From NCBI GenBank assembly GCA_001643675.2, contig LSRY02000002.1, forward strand, positions 1,178,001 through 1,242,000: DNA of 64,000 nt. The letters run 5' to 3'. Position numbers and translations under genes: made by a program. This stretch comes from Monocercomonoides exilis PA203. Its lineage: Eukaryota; Protista; Preaxostyla. This document shows positions 1-12,098 of the stretch, piece after piece (the stretch's first letter is position 1; the number at the start of each line of letters is the position of its first letter). Below the pieces are notes generated by a model. That model was not told the origin of the DNA. It did not search any database and saw nothing but the letters and a program-made list of their open reading frames with translations.

Positions 1-1823
1 GAGGTGAAGTTTTAGCAAGCGGATTAATTATTTGGGAAGACGGGGCTATTAGTGAACTTACAGCAGTTGATACAAGCACGTGTTTCTGTGGAGACTATGT
101 TCGGCTGTTCTTCTTTTGTAATGAATCAGAAAGGCTCTTCATTCACAGACACTTTCTTATGAATCAGATACAGTGTCCAATTGATACTTGTTGTAGCTGC
201 CGAGTGAATCCATTTATTGAGCATGTCTCGAGTACAGCTAAAGGTTAATGGATAAACGCGACTGCACTCCCAAAGGATGTAGAAGTTCCGTTTTGGAGAA
301 TGGTGCAGTTTGAGATACACTAAAGCCATGCTGCTGTTTCAGTCATAAATGTTGCTGATAAGGTTTCCAATCAAGATGGAAGTTAAGACGGAGTGCATCA
401 AGCTGAAGGGACTTTCTGATATTTCAATTCCAAAAAGATAAATAAGAACAATTATACTGCTTTCAATTGCGATATACGTTGAGATAAGATGATGTACTGA
501 ACTATTGGATTCATCATCAAAAGCGAATTCGATTGAAGCAGCGTTTTGTGCAGAGATGTTGATGTTGGAGAGAAAGACGCAGGAATTGGGAAGAGCACGA
601 AGATCTGATTGGAAGAGGCTCAGATATCCTCTTCAAGCACAAAGAAGTATGTGGTTGAGGTGAAGATGCTTGTCGGAAGGAGAAAGGAGAGAGGAGGACA
701 CAGCAAAAGATTCGTTGAAAAGGCAGAAAAATGAAGACTGGAAATACACGAAGAATTAATGGAAGGAGATGTGGCAGTATGAAAGGGTGCAAAAGTTGCG
801 AAATGCAACAACAATGAGATGGTGGTGACGAAGTGAACAGGAACAAGACTTCACAAGATAGATCCAACTCCTATGTTGGAAAGGCAATTCTGGCTGTCAT
901 TTTCAATCACTGTTGTGAAGATGAAGGAACAGGGTGAAAGCGGGGAGCTGTAATGGTGCGCAGAGGAGCCGATGTCTTGATTGACAAATATATGGTAGGC
1001 GTTGTAGAATATGATGAAGGTGACTTTGTTGAAGTCGAGATCGGGGTTGGGGTCTGTGTGGGAGAAGTCAAACTCGCAGATTGATGTGTTTCAAGCGAAA
1101 GAATGCTGAGTGAAGCCGAAGGGAAAGAGGGACTCGTTGATTTGGGCGGGGATGGAGGAGTGTCGGAGAAAGAGTTCCTTTCCCCTGAATACATGATTCA
1201 AGACGAAGTTGAAGTTGAGGATGCATTCGGACAAGTGCAGCCACAACTTCTCGCAGTTGAGGAACACCATTGCAACTCTGCCCTCGGAAGACTCTTCGCT
1301 CACATAACTGGTGAACACGTACGCCTCAGAAGCGCAGTCAAAGGCACATCACCTTACCAAATTAACACAAGAGCTGCTTAGTTGGATGAGCGCACAATGT
1401 TGGTATTATTGGAGGAGTGAAAACCGATTATTGTACTTTGATCTGGGGCAGACAAGCCAGCCAGAGAAGCGGAGCCATCCAGAGCAGATGGGCAGATAGC
1501 CACGAGGGAATTGCTAGGGAGCCAAGAGGTTGAGACTGAGAGGAATTCAAGTTTAGCTGAAGTGGATGCAGAAAAGGATGCGATAATGATGAAGAGGCGA
1601 GGGAGTAGCTTTCGAGAGACGTACGCTCTTCTGCTACATCAACCATTGCATTCGAAAAGCTTTTTTGTTAAGCCCGTATGGAAAAGGAGCGTCGCGACAA
1701 AAGGAGAGGAGCATCAGGTGTGGATATCTGGATGAAGGATAAGAGACGAGGAAGAAATGTGGAGAATCAACGGAGAAACGAAGGGAGGAAAATAAAATGA
1801 AGATGTTCGTGTGACAAAAGCAT
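1..1823 (-). pseudogene. Degraded member of the large oxymonad-expanded beta-helix/surface-protein-like family; runs off the window start
   Basis: Minus-strand fragments SSEGRVAMVFLNCE...GKELFLRHSSIPAQINESLFPFGF...IFYNAYHIFVNQDIGSSAHHYSSPLSPCS resemble the repeat modules I recall from Monocercomonoides large hypothetical proteins. There are many stops and frameshifts. GC is coding-like compared with the AT-rich DNA after 1830. Confidence 0.5.
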
Positions 1824-2389
1824 TTTTAGTGTTAAAAACAAATATAAACAAATTTCTATTCAATTTTTATTATTCTCTTTGTTATTTTTCTATATCTTTG
1901 TTTGATCAATTTATAAGAATAACTAATTTAAAGAATTTTTTGTTTCTAAACAAAAACAAACCAAACCGTTGTATATCTGATAAATATAATGTGTTTCTAT
2001 TTTGTTTTTCCATTTGTGTTTTTGATATTGTAAATTTTTAACAAATGTTTTAAGATCTTCAATATCAATTTGAAATTTTTTTTGTAATAACATCATAAAA
2101 CTAATTTTTATAAGAAATTGATAAATTACGTATTGTTCTAATTATTATCATGTTTTAATAACGTTTGAACGAGTATTTTGTTCTGTTTGCTTCAGTTTTG
2201 ATATTTTTTGAATTAGAATTATATGTTTTTTTCTAAATTTGTAATAAAAATAATGAGAAACAAATTTTTATCAACAAACAAATAATAATTATTATTTTTA
2301 AAGCAATCAATTATCATGATCATCATTTTCAATTTTCCAATCAACCCCACCCTTAATGAAAAAATATTTTGATCAAACTTCGTAAATTT

Positions 2390-2413
2390 TTATGATATCA
2401 AAAAAAATCACCC
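2390..2413. mobile_element. Solo terminus of the GGGTGA...TCACCC (Sola-like) MITE family
   Basis: TATGATATCAAAAAAAATCACCC is followed by ATAT. It matches the TIR of the 7499-8134 element and abuts the truncation point of the pogo fragment. Confidence 0.5.
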
Positions 2414-2419
2414 ATATTG

Positions 2420-3300
2420 GAATTTATTGCAGCTATAATCACTTCAGGGCAGAAATGCGTAACAAGATAATCCATCAGAATTAATGCTCTCCGCAAGCGA
2501 GTTGGCTTCATCTTCTCTTTTGTTTGAAATAACTAATCATTGATAATAATAGTCATGAATTAATAGTTTGTGATTTATCTGGAGCTAGCGTTGAGATCTT
2601 TGATAAAAAATGAAGAAAAAATACTAAAACTCGGAAGTGATCAACCTGTTTGTCCAGAGCAAATAATGATTCAAACATGAGCCATCAGCACACACACAGA
2701 AACACATTGTTGCATTCGAGACCTTTTGTGGAGCAGGAGGTGAAGGAGGAAGCTGATCCTTCAAGCAAACAACAAGTTTTGACGCTTCTTGTCCACATCT
2801 CACAGAAGTTTCGTCAAAATTGTAAACCGCTGATCCAACGATATTGTATTTTTTTTCTAATTCAGACAAATCTGCAAACCATGTTCTGATGGATTCTTAT
2901 GATTGCGCAATAATCTTTGCAGCTTCCAACGGTTTCGCTTCAGCAGTGTGAAGTATTTCACTTCTTTTCAACAATTCGAAAGCGTATTTCTTAACAATGG
3001 TTCCCTCTTTGTTTGTGTTCTCCCCACTTTTTTGTTTCAACTCAACATACTGAAAATTCAAAAGTCAAAAAAAAATACAAACAAAAAAAACAGAAATACA
3101 ATTGATTGGGCATCTGAAACTCTCACAATTTCATGCTCAGATAATTTTGATAAAACCTGATTCTTTATTATTTCCAATTCTGAATCTGAAATAGCAGGTT
3201 CCATTCCAATCCTTTTTGTTTTAAGCCCTTCATTTTCTGCTTATTTGCACGGTTAAAAGATAATTTTGAAATCAATTGCGCTTTAATAGCTTCTTTGAAT
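2420..3300 (-). pseudogene. pogo/Fot1-type (DDE_1) transposase remnant, copy 1
   Basis: VYNFDETS, NATMCFCVCADGS and RRALILMDY align with the intact motifs of copy 3. It has multiple stops, a GT-AG intron at 3050-3099, and is truncated before the third catalytic Asp. Confidence 0.85.
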
Positions 3301-5331
3301 GTAATTGGTATTTCTTTCTTTGCTTCAAAAAGTTTTTGCGATCTTGTTTAAATTGTTCTTTAACAAAATTTTTCTATAATTTTTTGCAACTTGTATATGT
3401 TTGTTTGAGCTATTTCTATGATGCGTTATGGAAATACTAAAAACAATAAAAAATCTGTTTTGAAAAAACACAAAGGAAAATCAAGATAAATAATTTGTAA
3501 AATTATTTCTTTTTTGATTTTCCACTGTGTGTTTTTGTTTCGTCAATAATTCTTTTGTTATTTCTCAAATATCAGGAAATTTTATAATGTTTTTCATGTG
3601 AGAAATAATTTCAATTAATAAAAATGGCTTGATTAAAATTTAATTTATCCTTCGAGTATTTTTCATTCAAAATTGTGTTATGTTTTTTTCAAGTGGAAAT
3701 AATAGTTGCCTGTGATGGTTATTTATTTCTGAATTGTGAATGGTTCAGGGTTTCGCGAAATGTCCAGGCTTTGATTCCAATGGTTTTTTTTTCTGGATTC
3801 AAAAAGCAGTATAGCAAATTTGCCAAAGCCCAACCTAATCAACTCATATATTTCTTGGATACAAAGGCAATCGAGCACACATGTGAAAGAGTTTAACAAT
3901 TATAAAAAGTGACTTTTCCAATTCCGAATATAAGATACATTTGAATTTTTTCACTTGTGATGATAAATCGATGATTGAAGTTTCATTGAAAATCCCTCCA
4001 AAAAATGTGTACAAAAACAAAAGAAATAATGAAAAATAGAATCCACAACGGAAAATGCTTTGTAATTGCTTTGGAGAACGCATTATAAACTTATCGATTA
4101 TATCCGATGATTAAAATGCAATTCGATGATTTTTTAATTGCATATAGTTTATGTGAAGCTCGTTTAATAAAAAGGAATCATGCTTTGTAAATAAACATGA
4201 AAAGTGAATAAATTGATGAAAAACAAATACAAAAGTGCTTAAAGATGAAAATTGAGAGGCTTTGAATCAAGTGTTGATAGTTTCAAATGGACAAGAGATC
4301 AATGAAAGAGTTTGAGTCTGCATAACGGAGAAATGAATTTTTTAACGAGTGTTCATTAACATCTATGCAGGTTCATTGAGAGAAGTGTTTTTGAAAATAA
4401 AGGAACGCAAATTTTGCATTTTCAATTTCGTTTCAAATCACTGTGATTGAGAACGTTCAGAAAACTTGAAAATATAAAGAACAATCAATCTGATGGGAAT
4501 GAAGATAATGAAGAAGATAATTAGACACTCTGTTGTCAAGAAAAAGAAGTCATTTTCTATTTTCATATGCTTCCTTTGGTTTCGATTCAGACAACCCTGA
4601 AATGATATTTGCCAATCTGTTTGAAATACAAATACATGGAAAAAATATGAGATTCAAAGAATCATAAACAATTTTGTTTGCTTCTTATCATCTGTGGAAT
4701 TCCCATCTTTTCAACTTCACATATTTCATAAATGTTCTGTTTTGAAATTGGGCACCTTCATGAATAAAATGTTAATTATTATAATAACTTTTTTTTCATT
4801 CCAATTCACATTTTGTTGATTATTCGCTGAAATTGAGTGTTTCAGATGATTAATGATTTCAAACAAATTCTTTTCAATGAACCATCTGTTCGTTTTATCA
4901 GATTTTCAATATTGATTATCATTTTTTTTCAAAAGATATTTATGTGTTATAGTTTTTGTTTCCCCTTTAAGCAATCGGATTTCTATCTTTCTTCATATAT
5001 GTTTCGCATCCTCTTCTTCTTCAGCACAGCGCAAACCATGAAGAAAGTGACAAAACTTTTCAAGGACAAAACCTGGGATAATCCATTCAGCTTTTTTGAG
5101 ACAATTCAACACTTTTTTAAATGAAAAAATAAACTGATTATCGAGTTATTCGTGTATTTTTGGCAATAGAACAAGCAAAATGAAATGCTTTTCCTTAAAA
5201 ATGCAATTAAAATATCAGAAAAAAATGTAAGACATCTAAGAAGCAACAGAAAACAATACACTGTTTTTATAACGTTGAATCATGTTGAAAGATGCAATAA
5301 ACGAATAATTTTCTTCTCACGAAAGATATTG

Positions 5332-6850
5332 TTAACTGGAATCGAAGATTGATCCCCATTCGCTTTCTGATGTGTGCTTTTCGTTTCTTTTCTCACTGGG
5401 TAATATAATCTCTTCTTCTGATGCATTCGGTTGCGCTTTTCGATCCTTTAAAAACATCAGATAGTTCGAAAGAAACATCATCGAGTAAAATTGTTTTTCT
5501 TCCATGGTTTTGAAAATCGATGATTTCAACCGGAAAAGAAATATTGGAGCTTTTGTCCTTAACATCAGATGATTTCTTTACATCTGATTTTAAAAACAAC
5601 TTGTTTTTAAACTGAGCTGTTTGGAACACTTTTCTTATTTTTCTCCAATTGAATGGAATAGCTATCGAAAAAATTATCTCCTGTCATTAATTACTTGCTG
5701 GTGTTGCTTGAAAATAAAGAAAAGAATGTCACTTTTTCAATAATTGAAAAAGTTTCAGTGTTCTGTTAAAGACACTGATTAACGGAAGAATGGTGAAAAT
5801 GGATAAATTCCACATACAGCAAATGATTTTCTGACAATTATCGAACAAAAAGAATCAATAACTCCATTTGAAACTACAGGAATAGATGCATTTTGATAAG
5901 AAAAATAGAAATATATAAAGGAACTTTGAATATCCTTTTCAAGCAATTCTCTAAATGTTCTAATACAAAATTTTCCAGAAGCAGTGTCAAATATGATGTA
6001 TGGTGTCACATTTTTAACACATAATTTGTCTGTTCCTTGTTCCAAGAAATTACAGGAAAATAAAGGAGAGACGAATGGCCATCGAGTATTTTCAAAGTTG
6101 GAGAAGACAGTCTTTGCAGTTCGACTCTTTGAACGAAAATTTTTGGCTAATAATTTTTTTTTATCATCTTTTCAAAAACATTTTTTTTCCTCCGGTCATT
6201 CCCGTTAGCCATCCAGTTTAATCGGAAGAACTTCAATTCCTTTATATTTTCTGAAAGCGTCTGAAATGGCTGCAACATGATTGGATCCAAAGATGTTTCG
6301 TTAACAAACAGTATTTAATTATGTTTCATTTTTTCTTCGTTGGGTTTCTGGAAGCAGAGCATGCTGTGTTTCTTTTCTAACAATAATTTCATCAACCGAC
6401 TGCCTAATTGAAACGCTTGTTTCATCCATATTGATGATCAAGTGCGAAGAAATTTGATTGTTGTCTATAACTTTTTTCAACAAAGAGAACCAACTTCTCA
6501 TATTTTCAATAGTTGAAGACTGAAGTCGACGTTGAACAAAATATGTTGGTTTAATAAATATCTGTAAACTTGATTTCTCTATTAATATGCGTACCAGTCT
6601 TGTTCTTATTTTGCAACACTCAAAAGTGTGCGTGCATTCATTGTTTTTTTCATTATAACTTTTTCTGTGTGATAAAATATAAACAGACTGATATGCAAAA
6701 TTAATTAATTGTGCATCAATAAAATGATATCTGAAACAGTTATAATTTTTTGTGGAAGATAAATGAGCAGTTGAACAATTCTTAATTTTTTCCATCACTT
6801 CCTTTTTTTAAAATCTTGAACTGCTTATATGGGACATAATTTTTCATTTC
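5332..6850 (-). pseudogene. pogo/Fot1-type transposase remnant, copy 2, with C-terminal extension
   Basis: ORF fragments include ENMRSWF...IINMDETSV (6319-6798) and IVRKSFAVCGIYPFSP (5779-6045). They are frameshifted. No TIRs were recognised. Confidence 0.75.
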
Positions 6851-7245
6851 AGGCATTTTCATAGAAAAATTATGCACTATCCATTAACTTTTTATTTCAA
6901 AAAACACAAGAAAAATGTGACCATTTATTGTCATTCGTGAAATGTTGGAAAACTATTTGTTTTGATTTCTACGATGCCTGTTTACGGATCTGAAAATCGA
7001 ACTTATTTTGAAATCTGAGAAAGTGAAATAAAGTTATGAGCGAAGCAATTTTTCAATGCTTTGAACAAAAAAGCTTGAAAGGACGTATTTTCCACCATAT
7101 GATGAGGAACTCTTTCTGCTGTTATTGAAGCAATGTTTCGGAAAATTAATAAATGAGAAATGGCTTTTTCACTAACTAAATCAGAAGGCATACATCCATT
7201 TTGTTTTTACAGATAATCAATTTTGAAAGCCTTTGTTGATAAATT

Positions 7246-7370
7246 TTGTGAAAAATTTTCCAAATCATAACTTTTTTAGTGGTGTTGATTTTTCAAAAAG
7301 GTTTATTCTTTTGTAAAAAGATATTCATTCAAAAGAAAAATGAAAAATAATTGTTTTAAAAAACCGGTAT
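7246..7370 (-). repeat. Degenerate partial copy of the Sola-like MITE end, inverted relative to 8020-8134
   Basis: The reverse complement of CAAATCATAACTTTTTTAGTGGTGTTGATTTTTCAAAAA matches TTTTTGAAAAATCAACACCCCGAAAAAAGATATGATTT at about 8082-8119. Similarity extends about 100 bp. Confidence 0.65.
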
Positions 7371-7498
7371 CTTTGATGATAAATTCACAATATCATTATA
7401 CAATGGTGAAAACATTATCGATGTCAGTTTTTGTTAACATTCTATACAAAATCGGAACAGAAATTATTGATTGATATAATTGAAATTCGAAAATATTT

Positions 7499-8134
7499 GG
7501 GTGATTGTTTTTGAAAACATATTGTTTCACACTAAATTTTCTGTGCTAAAATTTTTCTTGAATACAGTTATCGCACAAAATACCAAACAAGATCGATATA
7601 TCAATAACCACAAGAAGAAAAATTCTGTTAATTTTCCTCAAAATATATCTCATTGATACAAACTCAATTGATAAACGAGACAAACAAAACTTTCTCGTTT
7701 GTGCTCAGAAAAAATAAATATCGAAATCTCGGAGATACTCAAAATCCTATTTCTCCGAGATTGAAAAAATAATTTGCTCTGAGCACAAACGAGTAAGTTT
7801 TGTATGTCTCGTTCATCAATTGAGTTTGTATCAATGAGATATATTTTGAGGAAAATTAACAGAATTTTTCTTCTTGCAGTTGTTGAGATATCGATCTTGT
7901 CCGGTATTTTGTGCGATGTCCGGTATTTTATGCGATAACTGTATCAATAAACAAAAATTGAAAAGTGATAAGACTTATTCAAAATATTTTTATCTTTTAT
8001 TTAACTAAAACGTTTGTATATTAAAACAATTATCATGCTTTTTCTCTTTTGAATTAATATTTTCTTTCAATAAACTTTCAATTTTTGAAAAATCAACACC
8101 CCGAAAAAAGATATGATTTCAAAAATCATCACCC
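7499..8134. mobile_element. Non-autonomous TIR element with GGG...CCC ends and a 4-bp ATTT TSD (Sola-like), carrying a nested MITE
   Basis: Left end GGGTGATTGTTTTTGAAAACATAT versus right-end reverse complement GGGTGATGATTTTTGAAATCATAT (21/24 identical). ATTT lies directly on both flanks (7495-7498 and 8135-8138). Confidence 0.65.
7565..7941. mobile_element. 377-bp hairpin MITE of Tc1/mariner-pogo type
   Basis: TA|CAGTTATCGCA...TGCGATAACTG|TA. The arms are about 170 bp and nearly fully complementary around a short loop at about 7737-7748. The right arm has a 19-bp tandem duplication (TGTCCGGTATTTTRTGCGA x2). Confidence 0.9.
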
Positions 8135-10450
8135 ATTTGCCAAACTGCTGAATTCTGCTTTGGCCTTTATTGGTGACAGCTTTTTGGAAGGAGGTGATAA
8201 AATTTGTGTTTTTTCATTTATTAAATGGAAAATCAATCAAATAAAATAATAATGTTTGTCAATTGGAGATGAGCATGATTTAAAAAAACCTTTCTAAGAA
8301 TGCAAGTGAAGTATGTTTTAAAGATTAATTTCCTATTAATTTGCGAATTGTATTCACATCTGAAATATTAATGTTCAACAAAAATGTCCCAGGTTTTGTC
8401 ACTGACTATTTTTCACACAAATGTGCATGACTTTTTTTTTAAACAAATTGTTCATTCAGTATTTTTTCAGTTTTTTCAACTTGGAAAAATTAATATACCA
8501 TTGGTGCTTAACCCGCACCCTGGTGCCAAACCCGCCCCCTCAGATTTTTGCTAAACACATATATTTTGGTTATTATTTCTACAGATTTCTTCATGTTCGC
8601 TTCAAAAAAAGAGAAGGAATATATGATTGAAATGAAATGACATTATTAAAATGTTCTGCAAAAGTTTAAAAATAATTAAATATCCATCTTCAAATAACTA
8701 TGAACAAAGTATTCTCCATTGTTGCTAGAAGTGAGAACAGCAAAAACATTATTCACTTGTTTTTCTTTATTGATCTCAACATTTCGCGTTTCCAAACTTT
8801 TTTATTATAAAAAGAAAGATAGAAAGAAAGAAACTGCGACGACAAAGAAGAAAAATATTTTTTGCGTAATTCAATTTCTTTTTTACTAAAAGCCGGGGAA
8901 ACTGCTGTTTGAATTGATTTTTCATTTTCCATTTTTCTTCCTTTCTCTGAGTCGCTCCCTCCACTAACATCATCGTCTATAATTTCATAAATTTTCTTTT
9001 TCTTTTTCTGTTTTCTTTCTCTTTCATCTTCATTTGAAGAAGAGCTTGACAAAAGAATGTTAAATTCTTTTCGAGAATGCTTTGTTTTCAAAGTTGAAGA
9101 AGTCGAAGAAGCTTTTGAATTTTCAATTTTTTCATATAAAGATCGAAGAAATGCAAGATGCTTTTCAGCATCTTCAAGTTGCTTTTTCAATTCAAAGATG
9201 TCCAAATTTTCAATAACTGTTGTAGGATTTAATTTGTGATCATTGGACGGAGAAGAACAGATCGATTCGTTCGGCGAAGTTGATTTTGTTGAGTTTGCTT
9301 TATCTGCAGAATGAATATCTAATGATTTTGATGAAGCAGAAACGCTTTGTCTTTTTTGTGGAGAATAGTCACCAAATAGTTCTTCACGCCAATCTTGAGA
9401 CGAATAATGAAGATCTTCTTTCAATGCAGATGTTTCCATAGGTGCTCCTGCCACTCTAGAGAGCACAGGAGCTGCTGCAACTGGCAAACCCCTGTCTTTA
9501 TGAATGCTGCTTTTATTGTTGAATGTGTATAAGCAGCTGCCAAGGCTTCAGGAAGAACTTCTGCGAGTTGTGTTCTATAAGAAGGGAGGGAGAATGGAGA
9601 TGGAATGATAAATTTGTTGTTCAATGAAGATTTTAGTCGAGAAAAGATACAGGAATCACATGGTTGAAGTAAGTGTGTCATGTTGGGTGGGAATCGTTTC
9701 AAAATGATGTTGTTTTTTTCTGCGGCTTCAATTACAGATTCATCGTTATGTGTTGAATGATTATCTATCAACAGAAGGGCGCGATGGGAACTGGTTGGTT
9801 TTTCTTTCTCTGTATTAAATGGAATCCAACAATTGATCATGATATGTCTGAAGATTTCCTTCGTAATCCACCCAAAAGAGGAATTAATATATCTGATATC
9901 AAATGATGATAGAGAACGTAACTCTTTTGGGAGTGTTTTCTTAGGATAAAGAAGAAAACGAGGCAATGAAGATCCGTCGGCGCAGACACAGAGGCAAATT
10001 GTGGCATTCGGCACTTTTGGAGGTGCTGGAACAGCTGGAGGAGTTTGATCTTTGAAGCAAACAACCAATTTTGATGAAGATTCCCCGCAAGTGATTGAAG
10101 TTTCGTCGAAATTGAAAATGTCGGATGATGTAATGTTATAGTCTGATATTATGTTTGAAAGTTCAGTAAACCATCTGCTAATATTATCTGGTGACTGTGC
10201 TTTGATTTTTGCAACATCTGTTGGTCTTGCGATAGCGGCTTTCAATATTTCGCTTCGTTTAATTAATTTGTATGCATATTTTTTATTGATCATTTTCAAT
10301 TCATTCTTTGATTTTGGCTCATTTTCAATCAGATCCACACACTGAAACATTCAAAAAAGTTAAAAAAAACATGAAAAAAATATTGCAAACCATGTTTTGC
10401 ACATCACGAATTCGAACAATTGTTTGGTTAGATAAAAGAACTGAAACTTG

Positions 10451-12098
10451 GGCAAGTTCCAAGCATATGGACCATCGATAAAAAATTCTTTTCATATTTG
10501 GAACGAAAGAAAACGTTATATTAATTTATTAAAAATTAGTTTTATTTGTCGAAAATGCAATGTTCAAAACTTTCTATTTTTTTATTTGATCTATTCCATA
10601 AATATTTTGAAACAATCATTGTTTTTTATTCTTTGTTTTTTTCATTGTCATTCGCTTGAAATCTTTTCACATGCTTGTTTTTGTTGTGTTCATGTTATGA
10701 GAAATACAGACAGGTTTCATTTTCACATTTATTTCATGTTTTTTCGAACGTAACAATCGCAATTGAGTTTTTTCTTTCGTATATGTTAATATGAGCACAA
10801 AAAAATGAGCAAAATTCAAAGAACATCAGAAAATAATCAATTGTCAAAAGCTCGCTGTTGTATGCAAATTATATAATTGATTGAATTTATTAAACAAAAT
10901 TCAGTATTTTCGTTTGTTTCATCGTTGATATATGCCTGTACGTGCTCAACGAGTGAAGACAGAGTAGGCGCAATTGCATTGAGCTGCCTGGACGATCCAA
11001 AACATTCAGATGCTCCGTCGTCGGAGAAGGAAAAGGCGCTGCAAATTTCTCTTCGCCTAGTCCGGTTTTCTTTAACGGATCTAAAGCAGATAAGGATCTT
11101 TTCATTATCCACCGATCGATTGCCAAGCAGATCAACATGGAGATGTTTGTGATAGAATTCAGCGAGTTGGCCTTCGACAGAAATAATTCCATCTGCGAAT
11201 TGGACAAAGAAAACGAGGGATCAATTGATTTGGTGTTGTTGATAGTGTCAAATGAGTTAGAACAAAGATTTGCGTCTGTAAATAAAGAGATAGATAATAA
11301 GGATTGATGGTGAGGGGAAGATCCGCGTGAAAAACTCAGCGAGGAGAGGCAATATCTCAACGACAAGAAGTCATGTTATATTCTAATGAAAAAAAAAACA
11401 ATTATTTCAGTGAAAAAGTCAAGTGATTTTGCTTGTTCCTGTGATTTTTCCACTTTTCTTGGTATCAACAATGATGAGCTTTTGTTATTTGTAATGTCTA
11501 TTGTTTTTTCACAGTTGACAAATATCATTATAAAATAAAAGTCTTCGGTTTTTCCATCAGCAGTTTCAGAATAAATCTTGAAAGTGCACAAAGCTACAGA
11601 AACTTGATAACTTTCATTTTAAGGAAACAGAATTAACACTCATATTGTATTCAAATATTAATTTTCGAAACGAATCAAATATTTCACATTCATTTGTGAA
11701 ATTAGAACTAATTCAAATAATGCAATTCATGAACTTATTTTTTGTCTGAAAAATTAATCAAATTGACCAAAAAATACAAAGTTTTTGTGAAATATCAATT
11801 ACAACGTTCAAAAACGATATCGTGATAAATAATGAAACAGTTCGAAGCAAATAATAAATTCTAATAATTTAGTTCTTTTTCATGAGAAGATATAGTTCAA
11901 AACCTTAAAAATTTGGACAAAACAAAAACATGAAAGTTAGAAAATATTTATGGGATAGATCAAATAAAAAAATAGAAAGTTTTGAACATTGCATTTTCGA
12001 CAAATAAAACTAATTTTTAATAAATTAATATAACGTTTTCTTTCGTTACAAATATGAAAAGAATTTTTTATCGATGGTCCATATGCTTGGAACTTGCC
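10451..12098. mobile_element. Non-autonomous long-TIR element with an 8-bp TSD (Merlin-like; MULE not excluded) nested in the pogo transposase
   Basis: About 158-bp TIRs starting GGCAAGTTCCAAGCATATGGACC (10451-~10608 and ~11941-12098) with few mismatches. Perfect TSD GAAACTTG at 10443-10450 and 12099-12106. Confidence 0.92.
10837..11643 (-). pseudogene. Broken cargo ORF of unknown function inside the nested element
   Basis: ORFs 11376-11591 and 10890-11366 are in the same frame, separated by one TAA. The sequence apparently continues by frameshift into 10837-11112. No DDE motif was seen. Confidence 0.4.

Noticed and set aside
3675-5124. Possible degraded LRR-like coding remnants
   Set aside because: Only isolated LDIS/IDLS-like words appear, with no consistent frame or periodicity. 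A translated search would be needed.
9470-9500. Programmed -1 frameshift joining ORF 9421-10350 to 8753-9487
   Set aside because: The element is already inactivated by an insertion and a stop. A 1-bp deletion in TGC-CCA explains the shift most simply.
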